DNA of 56,234 nucleotides, filler included, from Sphacelaria rigidula (lineage: Eukaryota): assembly GCA_964200075.2 (NCBI GenBank). It is 5 parts of 5 records of this genome, joined end to end, with 100 filler letters (N's around TTAATTAATTAA, not from the genome) between each part and the next. Parts side by side here need not be neighbours in the genome. Positions count along the whole stretch, not along the records: positions 33,804 to 44,969 come from CAXNAA020005293.1; positions 45,070 to 56,234 come from CAXNAA020005294.1; 3 more parts are not named here. One strand, given 5' to 3'. The position numbers and the translations under genes were made by a program. A model generated the notes under the pieces. It did no database searches. It was not told the origin of the DNA and saw only the letters and a list, made by a program, of their open reading frames with translations. This document shows, in pieces, positions 36,493 to 49,199 of this stretch. The number at the start of each line of letters is the position of its first letter. Position 1 is the stretch's first letter.

Positions 36493-36738
36493 TGATACCA
36501 AGCCGTAGGTTTCAGTATAATCGCATGCATGATTGGAGCAGTGGTAGGGAACAGGGGATCCTGGGTTCATGGCCCTCGTTTGTGTGGCCCCTTGCTGTCT
36601 GGCTCGTGATCTGTCGAGGATTACTCCATGATAATATCAAGATAGAAGAAAGGACTTGTCGAGCACGAGGCCAGTGATAGTGGAGGAGTCCTTCGTTGAA
36701 AGTCTTCTTGTCCAGATCATCTGGCAGAGGCTATAATA
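36493..36738 (+). repeat. 5' LTR
   Basis: TGATACCAAGCCGTAGG...GGCAGAGGCTATAATA. About 27 substitutions and one 3-nt indel versus the 3' LTR by eye. Confidence 0.9.
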
Positions 36739-37095
36739 CCTAAATATTTATTTTCGGCACTCTGTTGGAGGAGTTTGGCTGAGGAGAGGGGCCGCAGCTT
36801 GCAGCCAGTTTGGCCCGCAGTCGGAAGGGGACAACTTGAAGCGCACAGCAGTGGAGGACGCTCCGTGGGCTGGTGGACGCGCAAGTAAGGCAAGAGTATC
36901 TCCATGAAGTTGTGAATCCTAGACGACATGGCTCAAGCGGCGGCAGCGCCCCTGGTGTTAGGTGAGCCGCTAGACCCGCCAAAAATATGGCGAAGTGTGG
37001 ACAGAGGAAGCATCACGAGTTTTCTACGCCAAATATCTCGACTTTTTAGAGAGATGTATTTGGCAAACGCACAAGGAGTCATATGACATGCCAGG

Positions 37096-37848
37096 GTGAG
37101 CATCGGACAACTTATCCCAACATATATTCACCGGTGCTTTGAAGGCATGTACAAGGACCGTCGGGCTATGACCCCCGACGAATTGCTAGATTCTGTGACG
37201 CAGCATGCCGGGCACACCACAACCGGCGGCAAGCATGACTCTGCGCGGCCTGCAGCAGACCTCCGTAGAATTTTTACTACGCCACAAAGCGGTGGAACAT
37301 CCGTCAAGGATAGAGCGATGGTGGTCAATTCATCGATGGAAAAGTTTTTCGCAGAAAACCTCACGGTGCAAGCCATGTACCGTGCGGAGGACAGGAGCTT
37401 GTTGCCAGGCCCGACCGAGTCGGTTTCCACAGCTTTGGTGGACGGGATTTCACTTCTGGAATTCAAGGCGTATGTTAGAAGCGTACTAACGTATGTAGAC
37501 GGTTGGAAAAAGAACCCGACGGTGGTGTCCAACAAAATATTTGGTGCCGCCGACCACTGGGAGTTCATCGAGGCGCATGGCCGGCGCGACTCTGCGGCAA
37601 ATGCAGGTGGTGCGCGCCGCAAACAACAGCAGCAACAGAAACAGCAGCCGTCTTCGCGAGCAACGTCCACTCGCGCGTGTTACAACTGCGGCGACAACAG
37701 ACACCTGATGAAGGACTGCCCCAAGCCTAGCGCTCAAGGCGCTACTCAAGGAAATGCGCGAGATTCATCAGGATCTCGAGGCGGTCGTCACGGTGGACGG
37801 GGCTGTGCCAACCATGGACGCGGGCGCGGCGGCTGCGGTAGCAAGTAA
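37096..37848 (+). pseudogene. gag with CCHC zinc knuckle
   Basis: CYNCGDNRHLMKDC followed by an RGG-rich tail. Confidence 0.8.
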
Positions 37849-38256
37849 TCGGCGGCGGATGGTGGTTCCTCCGCTGCTGTTTCTTCCACTACGTCATCAA
37901 GTGGTGAATCTGGATTTTCTGGTTCGTCCGTGTCGGGGCGGACAGTGTACATGAGAAATGCAAATACTTCGGTGGCGAGTGCCGGAGCGAATAGTTCGCA
38001 ACCCCTCGGCCAGGCAGGATCCGTGTCTGGTGCATCTCCTACCGCTGCAACGATTGTAACAGCGCCGTCTGCATATTCTGCGACGTGGCCTGGGTGGACC
38101 GCCGATTCTCGGTTATCGATGCCAGGTGCTGGAGCGCAGCCCTGGCGTCGGGTGACTCTTGGTTTCGACCAGGGGTTTTCGGCAGGCGTGGTACCTGTCG
38201 ATCGCAAGGATGTTTACGCGCAGATCTTTCCTTACCTGGTTCCGTAAGTTCGTTCA

Positions 38257-39460
38257 TGACCCGCGTTATTCTGGATTCTGGGTCCGTGCTGACGTCGATC
38301 GGTCTGGGGTTGCTAGAACGAATGCCTTCGCAGTCTGGCGGCGCTCAGCTGCAGATTCCGTTCGAAAATGGACCGCAAACGGCACAGACCGCCACGGGTG
38401 CTCCCGTGACGGTCACACATAAAACGGTGCCGATTGCTGCTGGCGTGCGTACGCCATGGGGGACTGTAGGGATGCAGCCCATCACTTTCGCTGTCATGCC
38501 CGGCAGGGAGAACGTGGTTCTGTTTGGGATGGCGACGATCAAAGGGCTCGGGATTGATTTGTATCCGCTGGCGTTGGATAAGTTACGCCCGCGTGCTGTG
38601 CCGGTGCAAACTGGCGTGGAAAACCCCAGTTATCTTGCTGTGAGGCGTGTGCCCGTATCCATACGGTCATTCCAGAGTGCCAATGAGGGGGAGGCTCCTG
38701 CGGATGAAGCGGTGAAGCGCTTGGCCGATCGGGGGCCCGACATCTTGACGGACCCAGCGGAGGAGAGAGGTGCAAGAGAACGTGCGCCAGAGGATAGCGT
38801 GCAGCAGGCCGAGCAGATTGGCCTGAGCGCCGATGGCGCACATTGTCTGCGTGATATTTTGGCTCGTCGCGTGGATACATTTCGTCGTGCGTTGCGTGGT
38901 GATCCGCCCGCGCGCGTGGAGCCAATGAAGGAGGCTGTGAAGGTCAAGCCTCGCCGCTACGACCCGGTGAAGACTGTGTGGCTCGCTTCATGCATCGCAG
39001 CTTTGGTGGCGTTTGGTCTAGTGGTGAGGAACATCCAGGCTGTGTGGGCGAGTCCGGCGATGGCGGTACCGAAGAGGGGTGCATTCCGTTTGGTCAGCGA
39101 CTATCAGGCGGTGAACGCGCGGGTGGAACAGTCTCCGGGGGGTGATGCAAAGCCAACAAGACATGCGGGAGTTGCTGGGAGTCGAATGCTTCGGCAAGTT
39201 GGACCTGCTACAGGGGTATTGGTAGATGCCTCTGGCGCCGGAGGCTCAGGAGATCTTCACGATCGTCACGCCTGACAGTTTGTTTACGCCAACTCGTGTC
39301 CCGCAGGGCGTGTTGAACGCCACGGCGTATTTCCAAGGTGTGTTGACTGACATTTTGCGAGGTATAAACTGTAAAGTTTAGGTGGATGACGTTCTCTATT
39401 TTGCTGAAACCGGAGAAGCATTGTTAGCTCTGCTTGACGAAACTCTTGGTCGCTTGGAGA
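38257..39460 (+). pseudogene. Aspartic protease and N-terminal RT
   Basis: VILDSGS, WASPAMAVPK, FRLVSDYQAVN, LDLLQGYW*, LFTPTRVPQG, V*VDDVL, with stops and frameshifts. Confidence 0.85.
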
Positions 39461-39464
39461 GTGT

Positions 39465-41040
39465 TCGTTCTGTTGCCGTGTACAGCCCGTTTGATGCCGA
39501 TGATTCGCTGCCCTCGTTAGATGTCATTCGTACCGCGCAGCGTAAAGCAATCGGCGACGACCTTCATTCTTTTCCTACGACTTTTGGTCAAGCTGCCTTG
39601 GCTGACGATGGTTTGTTTAGCGTACGTGGTGGCAGTAGTGATGTTTTGTGGATTCCGTCGGATGATAAGGATTTACAAACTCGCTTGATGGTGTGCGCTC
39701 ACATGCGATTGGCTGGTCACCGTGGTGTGGCGCCGACTCTGTTTCGTTTGAAAGAATACCGTGTGTGGCGTCACATGTATTCCCACGTTCGCGAGTTCGT
39801 TCGCCGGTGTTTGCGTTGTGTAGACACTCGTGCTGGTGCGATTGTACCTCGTCCGTATGGCGGTACTGTTCATGGTAATGCGCCAGGTGAAGTTGTTCAC
39901 TTTGGTTTTCTGTACGTCGAAAGTAACGGACCTGGAGGTGCTAATGGTTTTCCTGATGAGGATGGTTTTCGGTCCGTTTTGGTTATCATGGATGATTTGT
40001 CCAATTTCGTTTAGTTGGAGCCGACCGAGGCTTGCACCGCCGAGGTGACGGCTAAGCACTTGCTCCATTGGTGCAAGACTTTGGGGGTGCTGCGTGTGTG
40101 GGTTAGTGATACCGCCACGCACTTCAAGAGACGAGTAATCACGCAGCTGAGCGACACGCTCGAGGTGCAACACCAAGTTGCTGTTGCGTATACCCCTTGG
40201 TTGAATGGTACATGTGAACACAGGGTGAAATAGGTTATTCGTGCGTTGCGATCTAATTTGTCAGAACAAAGACGGCCGGTGTCTGAACGGGTTGATGTTT
40301 TACCAGCCGCTCAGTGGGCGTTGAATATACTTCTTTTCGTGAACGCTAGCGTAAAACTCCGTATTGTGTGATGTTTGGGCGTGCGCCGCGTACAGCGTTT
40401 TCCGCGCTGGCTTCTGTCACTGACGGCGACTGAAACGTCGATGTCATGGATGCTGGTGATACCTTGCGTGACGAGGTTCGAGGCGTGGTTGACGAGCAAG
40501 TGCGGTTTGTAACGAAGTGCAAGCTGCAGTCATGGTGTCTTGCAAAATCAAACGCAAGCTTGCTCAGGGCCAGGCTGTGTTGCCCAAGTTTGCAGTTGGA
40601 GATTTCGTATTGTATGCCCGTGTTCTTAGGCAAGGTGTGACGCCAAACTTGATGGCCATATGGACAGGTCCGTGGCGAGTGGTCGGAGCGGATCACGCTC
40701 GCGTGTATTCGGTGCAGAATATTGTTTCTGGCGCCGTACACTCGGCCCATGTCGCTCGTTGCGTTTCTATGCTGACTCGCAGTTGCACATCACTGCGGAA
40801 CTAGAATATGTATTTCAGCATTCGTACGCTCAAGGTGAATGTCGGATGAATGCTTTGGTGCACGTCGCTGAGGATGACAATGGTGATGCCATTGTTTTGG
40901 TCGATTGGGATGGGCTCGGTGCTGAAGAACGTACGTCGCAGTCTCTTCGCAAGATTCATTCTTCTGCGCCTGAACTTGTTTTGAAAGAACAGCGTAAACT
41001 GCGGTTGACTCGGACGCTGACAAGTAAACTAGCGTCGGAG
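39465..41040 (+). pseudogene. Integrase (HHCC, core, GPY/F) and chromodomain-like C-terminus
   Basis: HMRLAGHRG..CLRC, VIMDDLS, WVSD, NGTCEH, WTGPWRV, then IVLVDWDGLGAEERT. Confidence 0.82.
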
Positions 41041-41148
41041 TGTATGGCATTTCTTTGTGATTTGGAGCATGCGATTTCGCCTTGATTTTTGTTAGTTGTC
41101 AAGCTCGTTCGTTTGTCTTGAACTCGCTTTGAGGGGGTTGCAGCCAAG

Positions 41149-41397
41149 TGATACCAGGCCGTAGGTTTCAGTATAATCGCATGCATGATTGGAGCAGTGG
41201 CAGGGGACAGGGGATCCTGGATTGATGGCTCTTTTCAGTATGGCCCCTTGCTGTCTGGCTCGTGATCTGTTGAGGAGCACTCCGTGATAATAAGAAGATA
41301 GAAGAAGGGATTTGTCGAGCACGAGGCCAGCGATAGCGGAGGAGGAGTCCCTCGTCGAAAGTCCTCTTCTCCAGATCGTCTGGCAGAGGCTATAGTA
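41149..41397 (+). repeat. 3' LTR
   Basis: TGATACCAGGCCGTAGG...GGCAGAGGCTATAGTA. Confidence 0.9.
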
Positions 41398-41430
41398 TTT
41401 ACACCAAATACTCGAGATGTGGTTTCATTA

Positions 41431-41667
41431 CTTCACTCACTGGTAGCTATTGACAAAAACTGCACGCCATACGAATTTGGATTCTGATGGCCGATATGTT
41501 GGGGACCTACACGAAGAAAAATGTTCGTGGAATTTCGACGATCCGATCGGATCCACTAAATTTCCTCAGTCTGTTTCTCCATCTCGGATCCCAACATTTC
41601 GGTGATCGAAATCCAAGTTTGTAGGGCGTGTATTTTAGCAGATGTCAACAGCTACCAGTAGGTGAAG
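41431..41667. mobile_element. Diverged foldback MITE
   Basis: CTTCACTCACTGGTAGCTATTGACA pairs with TGTCAACAGCTACCAGTAGGTGAAG. Inner blocks TTGGATT/AATCCAA and ATGTTGGG/CCCAACAT also pair. Confidence 0.7.
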
Positions 41668-43364
41668 GAGTGCAACTAGATTCCGAAGATTTCGTGTGGA
41701 TGCGAATATTTTCTCGGAAGCAATCATACACGTCAGCTACTTCCGTCGAGAGCTAGTTGCCGATCACTCTCCGATGTTAGCAACAGCGAAAACATGGCGT
41801 GACTATCACCATCATTTTTCACGACTTACATATTCGGGGAAAAGTTCACTATATAGATATGTACTATATGCGCGCATACACATATTATCGACAGCATATC
41901 CCTTGGAGGTAAACTTATAGTACTGTACAATCTGGGCGTAAACATTGTGCTGTATATATACATACCGCATGCCTAATCCCTACTGATAGAGAGAAGGTCA
42001 AGTGGCACGCAGTTTTTTCACCGTTTGTATTGCTTGCCACTGTACTTCCTGTCTAGTAGTAGTGGTCGTTGGACAGATGAAAGAGATCTACATTTCTTAT
42101 CCCACACCTAGGGAGCCAAAAAAAGATATGTCGCCGCAATTTACAGATTGTGAAAAGGTCTCAAGAGAAGTATCTCTACCATACTGAGGGGCAGCACCCA
42201 CATACAGAAATAGTCAAACACGACTCATTTCTCCAGACATACTTTCTGTATATACACATATACAGATATCCATGTAAGGTGAGAAAACGGAGTGCTCACC
42301 ACGTTCGAACGCAGCATCCGCCGAAATTTGAATGTGGTATCTGCTCCACCATTGTTGGCTCATCTCCAGGCATGTTTTATCCCTTCCGGTTTTGTGCAAC
42401 ATAATTCACAACAAGAGTCGGTATAAACAGAGCCCTATTTGAGCATTTCGTGTTCTTCCTTTACACCCTACTTTTGTTGCAAAATAGTTTCTCCCAATCA
42501 GTACACAGACATGCACAAACAGACACATACGCAAATGAGCGACAAAATGCAAACGGCTCCCAAAAGAGCTACTACTATCGGCCAATTGGAAAACTGTGTG
42601 CCTGAACTAACTCTGAACTTTTCGAGCCAAGAGTACGCAAACATGGAGCCCGAAGCAGCTACTTGCACTGTGCGTCAACGTTTCGTTGTAAACACGTTGA
42701 AGTACTTCATAAACCAATCGTTCAGCCACCTGTTTGCAGAGTTGGGGGGTGGGGGAGGGGTTTTCTCCTCTTTGGCAAAAAGCAAAAAAGACAAGAAAAA
42801 AGTGGCATAATTTTGCTTCAAAGAAAAGGTTAAAAAATACAGCAAGCACCAACATTTTCGTACGATCGTTCCGAGAAATCGTTTCTTCTTGATGACATAC
42901 TTTTGTGAAAACTTCTCACTGACCGCTCCTGCTGCAGAGACGACGGCCCAGACCCAGGAACACAAATAGCAACGAAAACGAAAGGGAAATCTTCTTACAA
43001 ACTTCAATAAAAGGAACAACAAAACGTCATTATTCCGGCAGTCGAAACCCCTCTACAAGACAAATTCTCCTCCTCCCAAGAGAGGCTGGCACAACATCCA
43101 CGACCAGGTCACTCTCTCACTGCCTCGTCGTTTTATTATTTCTATCTTCTGTATGTAACCCACGCTGTTGCTCAGCGTGATCCCATCCAACTTTACAACT
43201 ACATTTCCCCCCCCCCTGACAGACGATCCTTCGAGGAGAAAGGCGAGAGACGCGCGGCTGCCAGTCGTCATCATGGGCTCGAAGTTGTTCACCGTCCGAT
43301 ATTGTCGATCCCATCCCGCTCACCGCTGATGCAGTCGACTCCTTGTTCATTCCCTTGTTCCGCT

Positions 43365-43630
43365 ATGCTATCAACCCATCTCTTCCCCGGGACACGGCTT
43401 TACACTTTGGCATAGCGGGTTGGATTAGCCCTTCCGTACAGCGTCGACTCTCGTCAAAAACACCCCCTGTTGCTACCGACGTCTCCGCGTATTCTACGGC
43501 AAAAACCAGATTCTCACTTATCCGGGAAAATAAAAACAAAAACGAGAATGCCTCTGGCGAGATTCGAACCCGTCTTCTTCCGCCCAAGCAGCAGGTTTCA
43601 CTCGTACCAACCAGCAAGGCGACTGGACAG
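43365..43630 (-). mobile_element. Diverged SINE related to family S2
   Basis: Minus-strand B box GGTTCGAATCTC, with a body resembling 15470-15565. Confidence 0.5.
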
Positions 43631-44264
43631 GCGATCCCGGACGTTCGATGTGAATATCGTGGCCTCGACCTCATTCCCCGTCCAATATCGTTGATCGCAT
43701 CATTTTCACCATCACTATTTTCACCGTTGGCGCCAATCGTTACTTGATACCTATATAGTCGGGTCGAAGCTGTCGCAAGTCGGTTACGGGACAGGTACCG
43801 TAGCCCAGGATGCCACGCGGGTTTCCAGATTATTTGAGGTACCAAGGATATCCCAGGATGCCTGAGGTGCTGCACTTGCCGTAACTGCCGAAAACGCTGG
43901 CTGATTCAGAGCACCCGAGGTATTGAACATCTTCTTACCGAGTAGTCCAGGGCAAGTTACCCGGAAGGCGGACACGACGTGATCGTATCGTACCCCTGCC
44001 CATAACACGTTTGAAGTAGTCCATTTTCGTCGGCTGCAGCTTCTTCACACCATAACGCGCTATTGTCGGCTACAACCGATTTCTCTTCCTGCTTCTGAGG
44101 ATTGGGCCCACCTGGCAGCCCCGAGCCTTGCTCCGTAGGTGTATGCGCACACGACTATTTTTTTCTTCCAGCGTCGTGAAGCCTCGAGTTTTCTGCGACA
44201 TGCACACGGAGGCAAAGTATCAGCGGACGACAACAAGAACACACAATGGTTCCCCCCCAAAACC

Positions 44265-44356
44265 TGCTTTAGTCGATGGACCATTGACTACGCATCCCTT
44301 TCGAAGCGGTTCGTCTCGAGAGGGATGCGTAGTCAATGGTCAGACGACTAAGGCAA
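44265..44356. repeat. Hairpin made of an inverted repeat fragment
   Basis: GACCATTGACTACGCATCCCTTTCGA pairs with TCGAGAGGGATGCGTAGTCAATGGTC. The right arm and its extension match 31305-31378 in reverse. Confidence 0.8.
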
Positions 44357-44969
44357 GCAACAAATAAGTAAGCCCCTCTCTCCCCTCCCTCTAAACAAAA
44401 ATACGGCCAAAAAATATTGCAGCGTGTGCTTCGTCTAGCTGTCTGGACGGGCTCTGGGCCCAAGATTCGGGGGAGATGCCAGAGTCCCCCGATCTGAGCA
44501 GAAAGGTGATGGACCAAAAGTCAGCGCCCAGAGAATCGGATAACTGATCTGGTTTCCTCAGAGTTAGGCAAAAAACATTGCCCAACGAACTGGGGTTCAA
44601 AAAATCAATCCACGGGAGAAAATCGGATTCAAACTGGCTGAAATCCTCATATTTGTACAAATACGGATTGGTTGCCATACAAAGTGGCCTTATAAAAATT
44701 ATACATACATCGGTTGCGCCGCTCAATCAATCATGTAGTAAATCCAATTCCTACTTTACAAGCACACATTCGACCAGAATTATCTTTTCTTACTCGCCGG
44801 TCGTGTCTGAGAATGATCGTCACATCCAGGGTACTAGTTTAATTCACGCAAGTGGTCATTAACCATCACAGAACCTCAGCTCCGCACAACGGGGATGATC
44901 GTACTACGTAGTGCTTAAATGGTGAGACACCCATGAGGCAGTGTGTAAGTCGTGCCTATCTCTGAAAGT

Positions 44970-45069
44970 NNNNNNNNNNNNNNNNNNNNNNNNNNNNNNN
45001 NNNNNNNNNNNNNTTAATTAATTAANNNNNNNNNNNNNNNNNNNNNNNNNNNNNNNNNNNNNNNNNNNN
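44970..45069. other. Artificial contig spacer
   Basis: N44-TTAATTAATTAA-N44. Confidence 0.95.
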
Positions 45070-48000
45070 CAAGCGCAACGCAAGTGTGGAAGGATATCTA
45101 ACACACTTATGAGCCTCTTTTTTCGTGCAACCAAACCCCCCCCCCCCTATCGTAGGATGACTCAGGTTTGTTACAGAACAACGCTGCACAGGGTGCATCG
45201 TTGCTCACAGCCACCTGCTATTTCTGACTTGAGCCTCGGCCAAGCCAGCCATCTGCCGCCTTCACATTTCAGTATCGATTGTACACGGCTGTTGTATCTC
45301 TTGTTCACGGGTCGTTGGGTGATACAACACGTGCTTCCCCAACAGGTGACCACGGACATCTGTGCACGAGATTTGTACCCGTTCTGGCACTTTCGCTGCG
45401 CCGCGATATACGTCACTCGTGCCAAGTTTATTGTTGTTGTTCTCTCCTAGTGTACCTCGCACATCTGTAGAGCAGCGCTGTACATCACCGTAGTAATTAA
45501 CAATACACAGCCCAACGGGCTGTGAACTTTTTTCATTGACCCTCTCTCGGTCAAAGGAATTATTTGTTCCGAGGCCGTTCTGTCGCGATAATACTCGCTT
45601 GTAACATCCCAGACCTACGTTACGTGCTCATTTGGAGCACACGGCACTCAAAACCAGAGCCTCTAGGCTGTGTGCCACTTTTTCGGCAAATGCCCTCAGC
45701 GTCGCCCTTGCTGCGCACTACTTCAACTTTGTTTCATATACGTTAGTTGCCCCAACTCCGTTGTGTAACAAGCCTTAGTGCTGTACTACGCAGTCCGATC
45801 TTACGGTCCCCATCCCCAGCTTTGTAGAAGCTTTTGTGCTGCCCTTGACGCCGCCACCGGAGCACGTGTATGTTGTATCACGTTCAAGTACCAGGTGCTA
45901 CTACAGCCAATTGGATTTTTGCATTTTCGACGCCGTGCGTCTGTTCTGTGCGCGATCGCGAGCTCCCGTTGCTAGCTATCACCGCCTCGACTTGGATAGT
46001 TATATTGACCAAACCTCCGACATTGTTACGCACAGTAATTAGCTTGACTAAGAATAGTCGAGTGCATCAGGTTTCCAACGAAGGTCCCTCCAGGCGCTAT
46101 CGCGCGTCATTATCCCGTAATTCTGGATACAAGCTTCGGCCGTTGCACCTGGCAATTGTTGGCATCATGCTCCTTTGACTAGAGCCGATGATAACCCACT
46201 GCTCCCACTTTTGCTAAGCACACAAGTTGCGTGCGACTATCATGTCGCACAGAAATAACGCTGGCTCTTCCCCTCAGTTGGGAAACCAATCGCTTCGCCG
46301 GACACGAAGCCAAACCACTGGCGGTTCGAAATCTTTTTATATGAGTGTCACGTCACCTTCAACAATTCAACGCACGTGCGCGAGCGCTGTTCGATCTCCG
46401 GGATCTGAACACCAACCTTCGAGCGATGCTCGTTCTTCGGGGCTTGAAAAAAAGACTATGACGCCGCGACCTGTTCTCTCACGTCCGGATTCGGACTCAG
46501 AGAACAGGATTGTGCCACCGGTCGAGTCATTGGCTCCTGACAGACATGTCAGTGAACCCGTAACAGTGGATTCCGTAGCACCCCCCTCGCTGCGGCCTGT
46601 TCTTCCGAATCCCGATGTGGAATCCGAAGTTAGGATTGTGCCCCCGGCCGATTCGCTGCCCATAGACACACGTGCCCAGCTTGGCCCTGTAACGGTTGCT
46701 TCAACCGTGGCACCCCGTCGAACGACGGTTGACAACTCTCGAGACGACTCAGTCCCGACGAAGCGTATCGCTTCTGGAGCAAGAGGTTTTGTCACGCGGG
46801 CTACTTCCGTTACGGACCCCCATCGCACGACTCTCGGCAGTCCCATGCGTTCTGCTGCGCAGTCCAATGTTGGACCAGCAATCGCGGCCATGCATTCTAC
46901 CCTGCAGAATATGCATTGCCCTTCATCGACGCCGGCGCACACGCCAGTCTCAGCTCTAATCGAGGCATTTACGGCTTTATACCAGGCCACGCTCCAAGAC
47001 CAATCGGCGTCTGCTTACGTGCAATTCAACGATGATTCTGCACCTGCCACGCCCAAACCCCTGCGTTTGGCGCCCCGATCGGCGACATCGCGTTCTCCGT
47101 TCGTCTCTCATGAAACATGACAGCCCCTCCTCCACTCCAAACCAAAGTCTTGCTCGCGCTCCTGAACGGCGCCGCACACCGACAGTTGGTCACGACCACG
47201 ACACCCGTGCTGGGAGTTCCAAGGACAACGCCCAGCACAGCTTGAATTCATCGCGCGTTTTCATACGCCCGAAGAATGTCGCTCATGGTCGCATATATGA
47301 CGGTAGTTCACGACACAGTTCCAATTTGTCGCGCGCTCCGAAGCGCCCGGTGAATGCCGACCGTGACCATACTCACGGGGATGATTCGGTGCACAGGTCA
47401 AGTTCATCGCGCGTTCACTTTCGCTCGAAGAATATCGATCATGCAACCGCACGCACTCCTCCTGCTCCGCATCAGTCATGCCGCCGCCATTCACGCAATG
47501 ATGATACCGTACATGCTGACGACATCTAAAATATATTTTTGGACATGTCACTGGCTCTGGAATCCTCAATTGAGGGATCGAGCTGCAACTCATCGCACAA
47601 CCGACGACCCCGCAATGACCGCAACCCCCCGTCCTGCTCTGATGCTGCGACTATCCACTCCCTGAAACAACGACTGACACATCTCGAAGAGAACTGACAA
47701 GATCCAGAATGGAGAACAAGGGAGTAATCACCGCCAAGACCGCCAAGACGGCTAGGGAACATACAGGAGTTGCCGCAACTACTGCTGCCGCCACCACTGC
47801 TGCTGCTGCCACCACTGTCTCTGCCGCCCCTGCTGCCATGGCCGCTCCGCCCCCTACCACGACCACTGCAGTCACGGCTCCCACGGCTGTTGCCGCCCCG
47901 TCTGCCGTCGATACAGACGCTGATAGTGGCCCAACCACCGGTCCTGTCACGGATGCCCCCGTGCCCCCACCCCAGTCTGTGGAAAATCTCCCTCCGCTCG

Positions 48001-49199
48001 GCGACGAGCACTGCCCAACCGGCCTCCTCCTGAGGCTTTTCAGGAACCGCCCCCGTGCGGAACAGTTGGGGCTCATAGAAGATTATGCCTCGCAAGCGCT
48101 AGCACTGGCCAAGGACATAATCGAGCAACAACGGGAGGCCAACGCCCCTGCTGCACGACTCCTAGCTAAAGAACACGTGGACAAGCATAGAGACCTTCAG
48201 CGCCAGTCTTCACGCGCCCAGACCACGAACTCCGCGGCTCAACGCGCCCTGGAGGAGGGTCGCACTGCTGCTTTGGCGGCCTAGAGGCGCGTGAGGGACC
48301 TCGAGGACCATGTCCGACGGACTGCCTACGAAGCGGCCACGTCGGTGGCCCGCCTAACTAACGATTAGGCCTCTCCGCCGTCTGCCGGCAACCCGCTTTG
48401 CTCTCCCCGCCAGCCCACGACCGACACGTCGACTTACGTTATTCCACGTAAGTCCGACAACCCGTCGTATGCTGCGGCCGCTGCCGTCCCCAAGACGGCC
48501 CCAACACCCCCACCTCGGCCAGCTAGTTCGGCAGCGAATGCCGGCCCGACACCAGGCCTGCAACTCGCGCCTCACGAACGAACGTGGCTTTCTCGTTCCA
48601 CGGCCGAACTTACCGGCTCGTCTGCCAGGAACAATCATCTACGCTGCTCCTCCCACGCTTGGAACTTGGTGTCACAACGCCTTCACCACGTTATTGGTCT
48701 TTGCGTGAACCAGGGGGGATTCTTCCCCCACCACGGAGTACCATCCCTCACCTTGGGTCAACTTGTTCTGCATATGACCATCGGCGACAACCCTGCTCAC
48801 CAACATTACGTCGACACTGTCACCGTTTCTTTTGTGGCACTACGTGCCGCTTACCCCTCGAACCTCGGCGCCACCACCGCCGACGATGACGAGGATGACG
48901 ATGGTTGGACTCCCACGAGTGCCAACTGCAGAAGCAAGAGCAAGAACCGCCGGCGGGATGATGACGACAACGATGGAGGAGGCCCACGCCGCCGCCATGG
49001 CGGCGGAGGATCTTTGGGCGGTTCCGGATCGAACCGCCCAGTCCACAATAACCGCGGCTCGACTGGGAAGAAAACAGGATGCAATTCTTCCGGATTTTCC
49101 GCGCCAGGTTGGAACAGGTCTAGCATAGACCTGCCCTCCTCGGGTTCGGTGACACCCAGGCAAGTGATACCTAAGTAGGCCGATGTTTCGGGTCACATT

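Larger units (their letters stand above)
36493..41397 (+). mobile_element. Ty3/Gypsy LTR retrotransposon, family 1, defective (internal deletion), chromodomain-like tail
   Basis: Direct LTRs at 36493-36738 and 41149-41397. Order is gag, protease, RT, integrase, chromo-like region. Purine-rich GAGGGGG just before the 3' LTR. Confidence 0.92.

Noticed and set aside
42150-42810. C2H2-like words (HVRTQH..FECGIC..)
   Set aside because: Ligand spacing is incomplete and frames are broken, so a zinc-finger call is unsupported.
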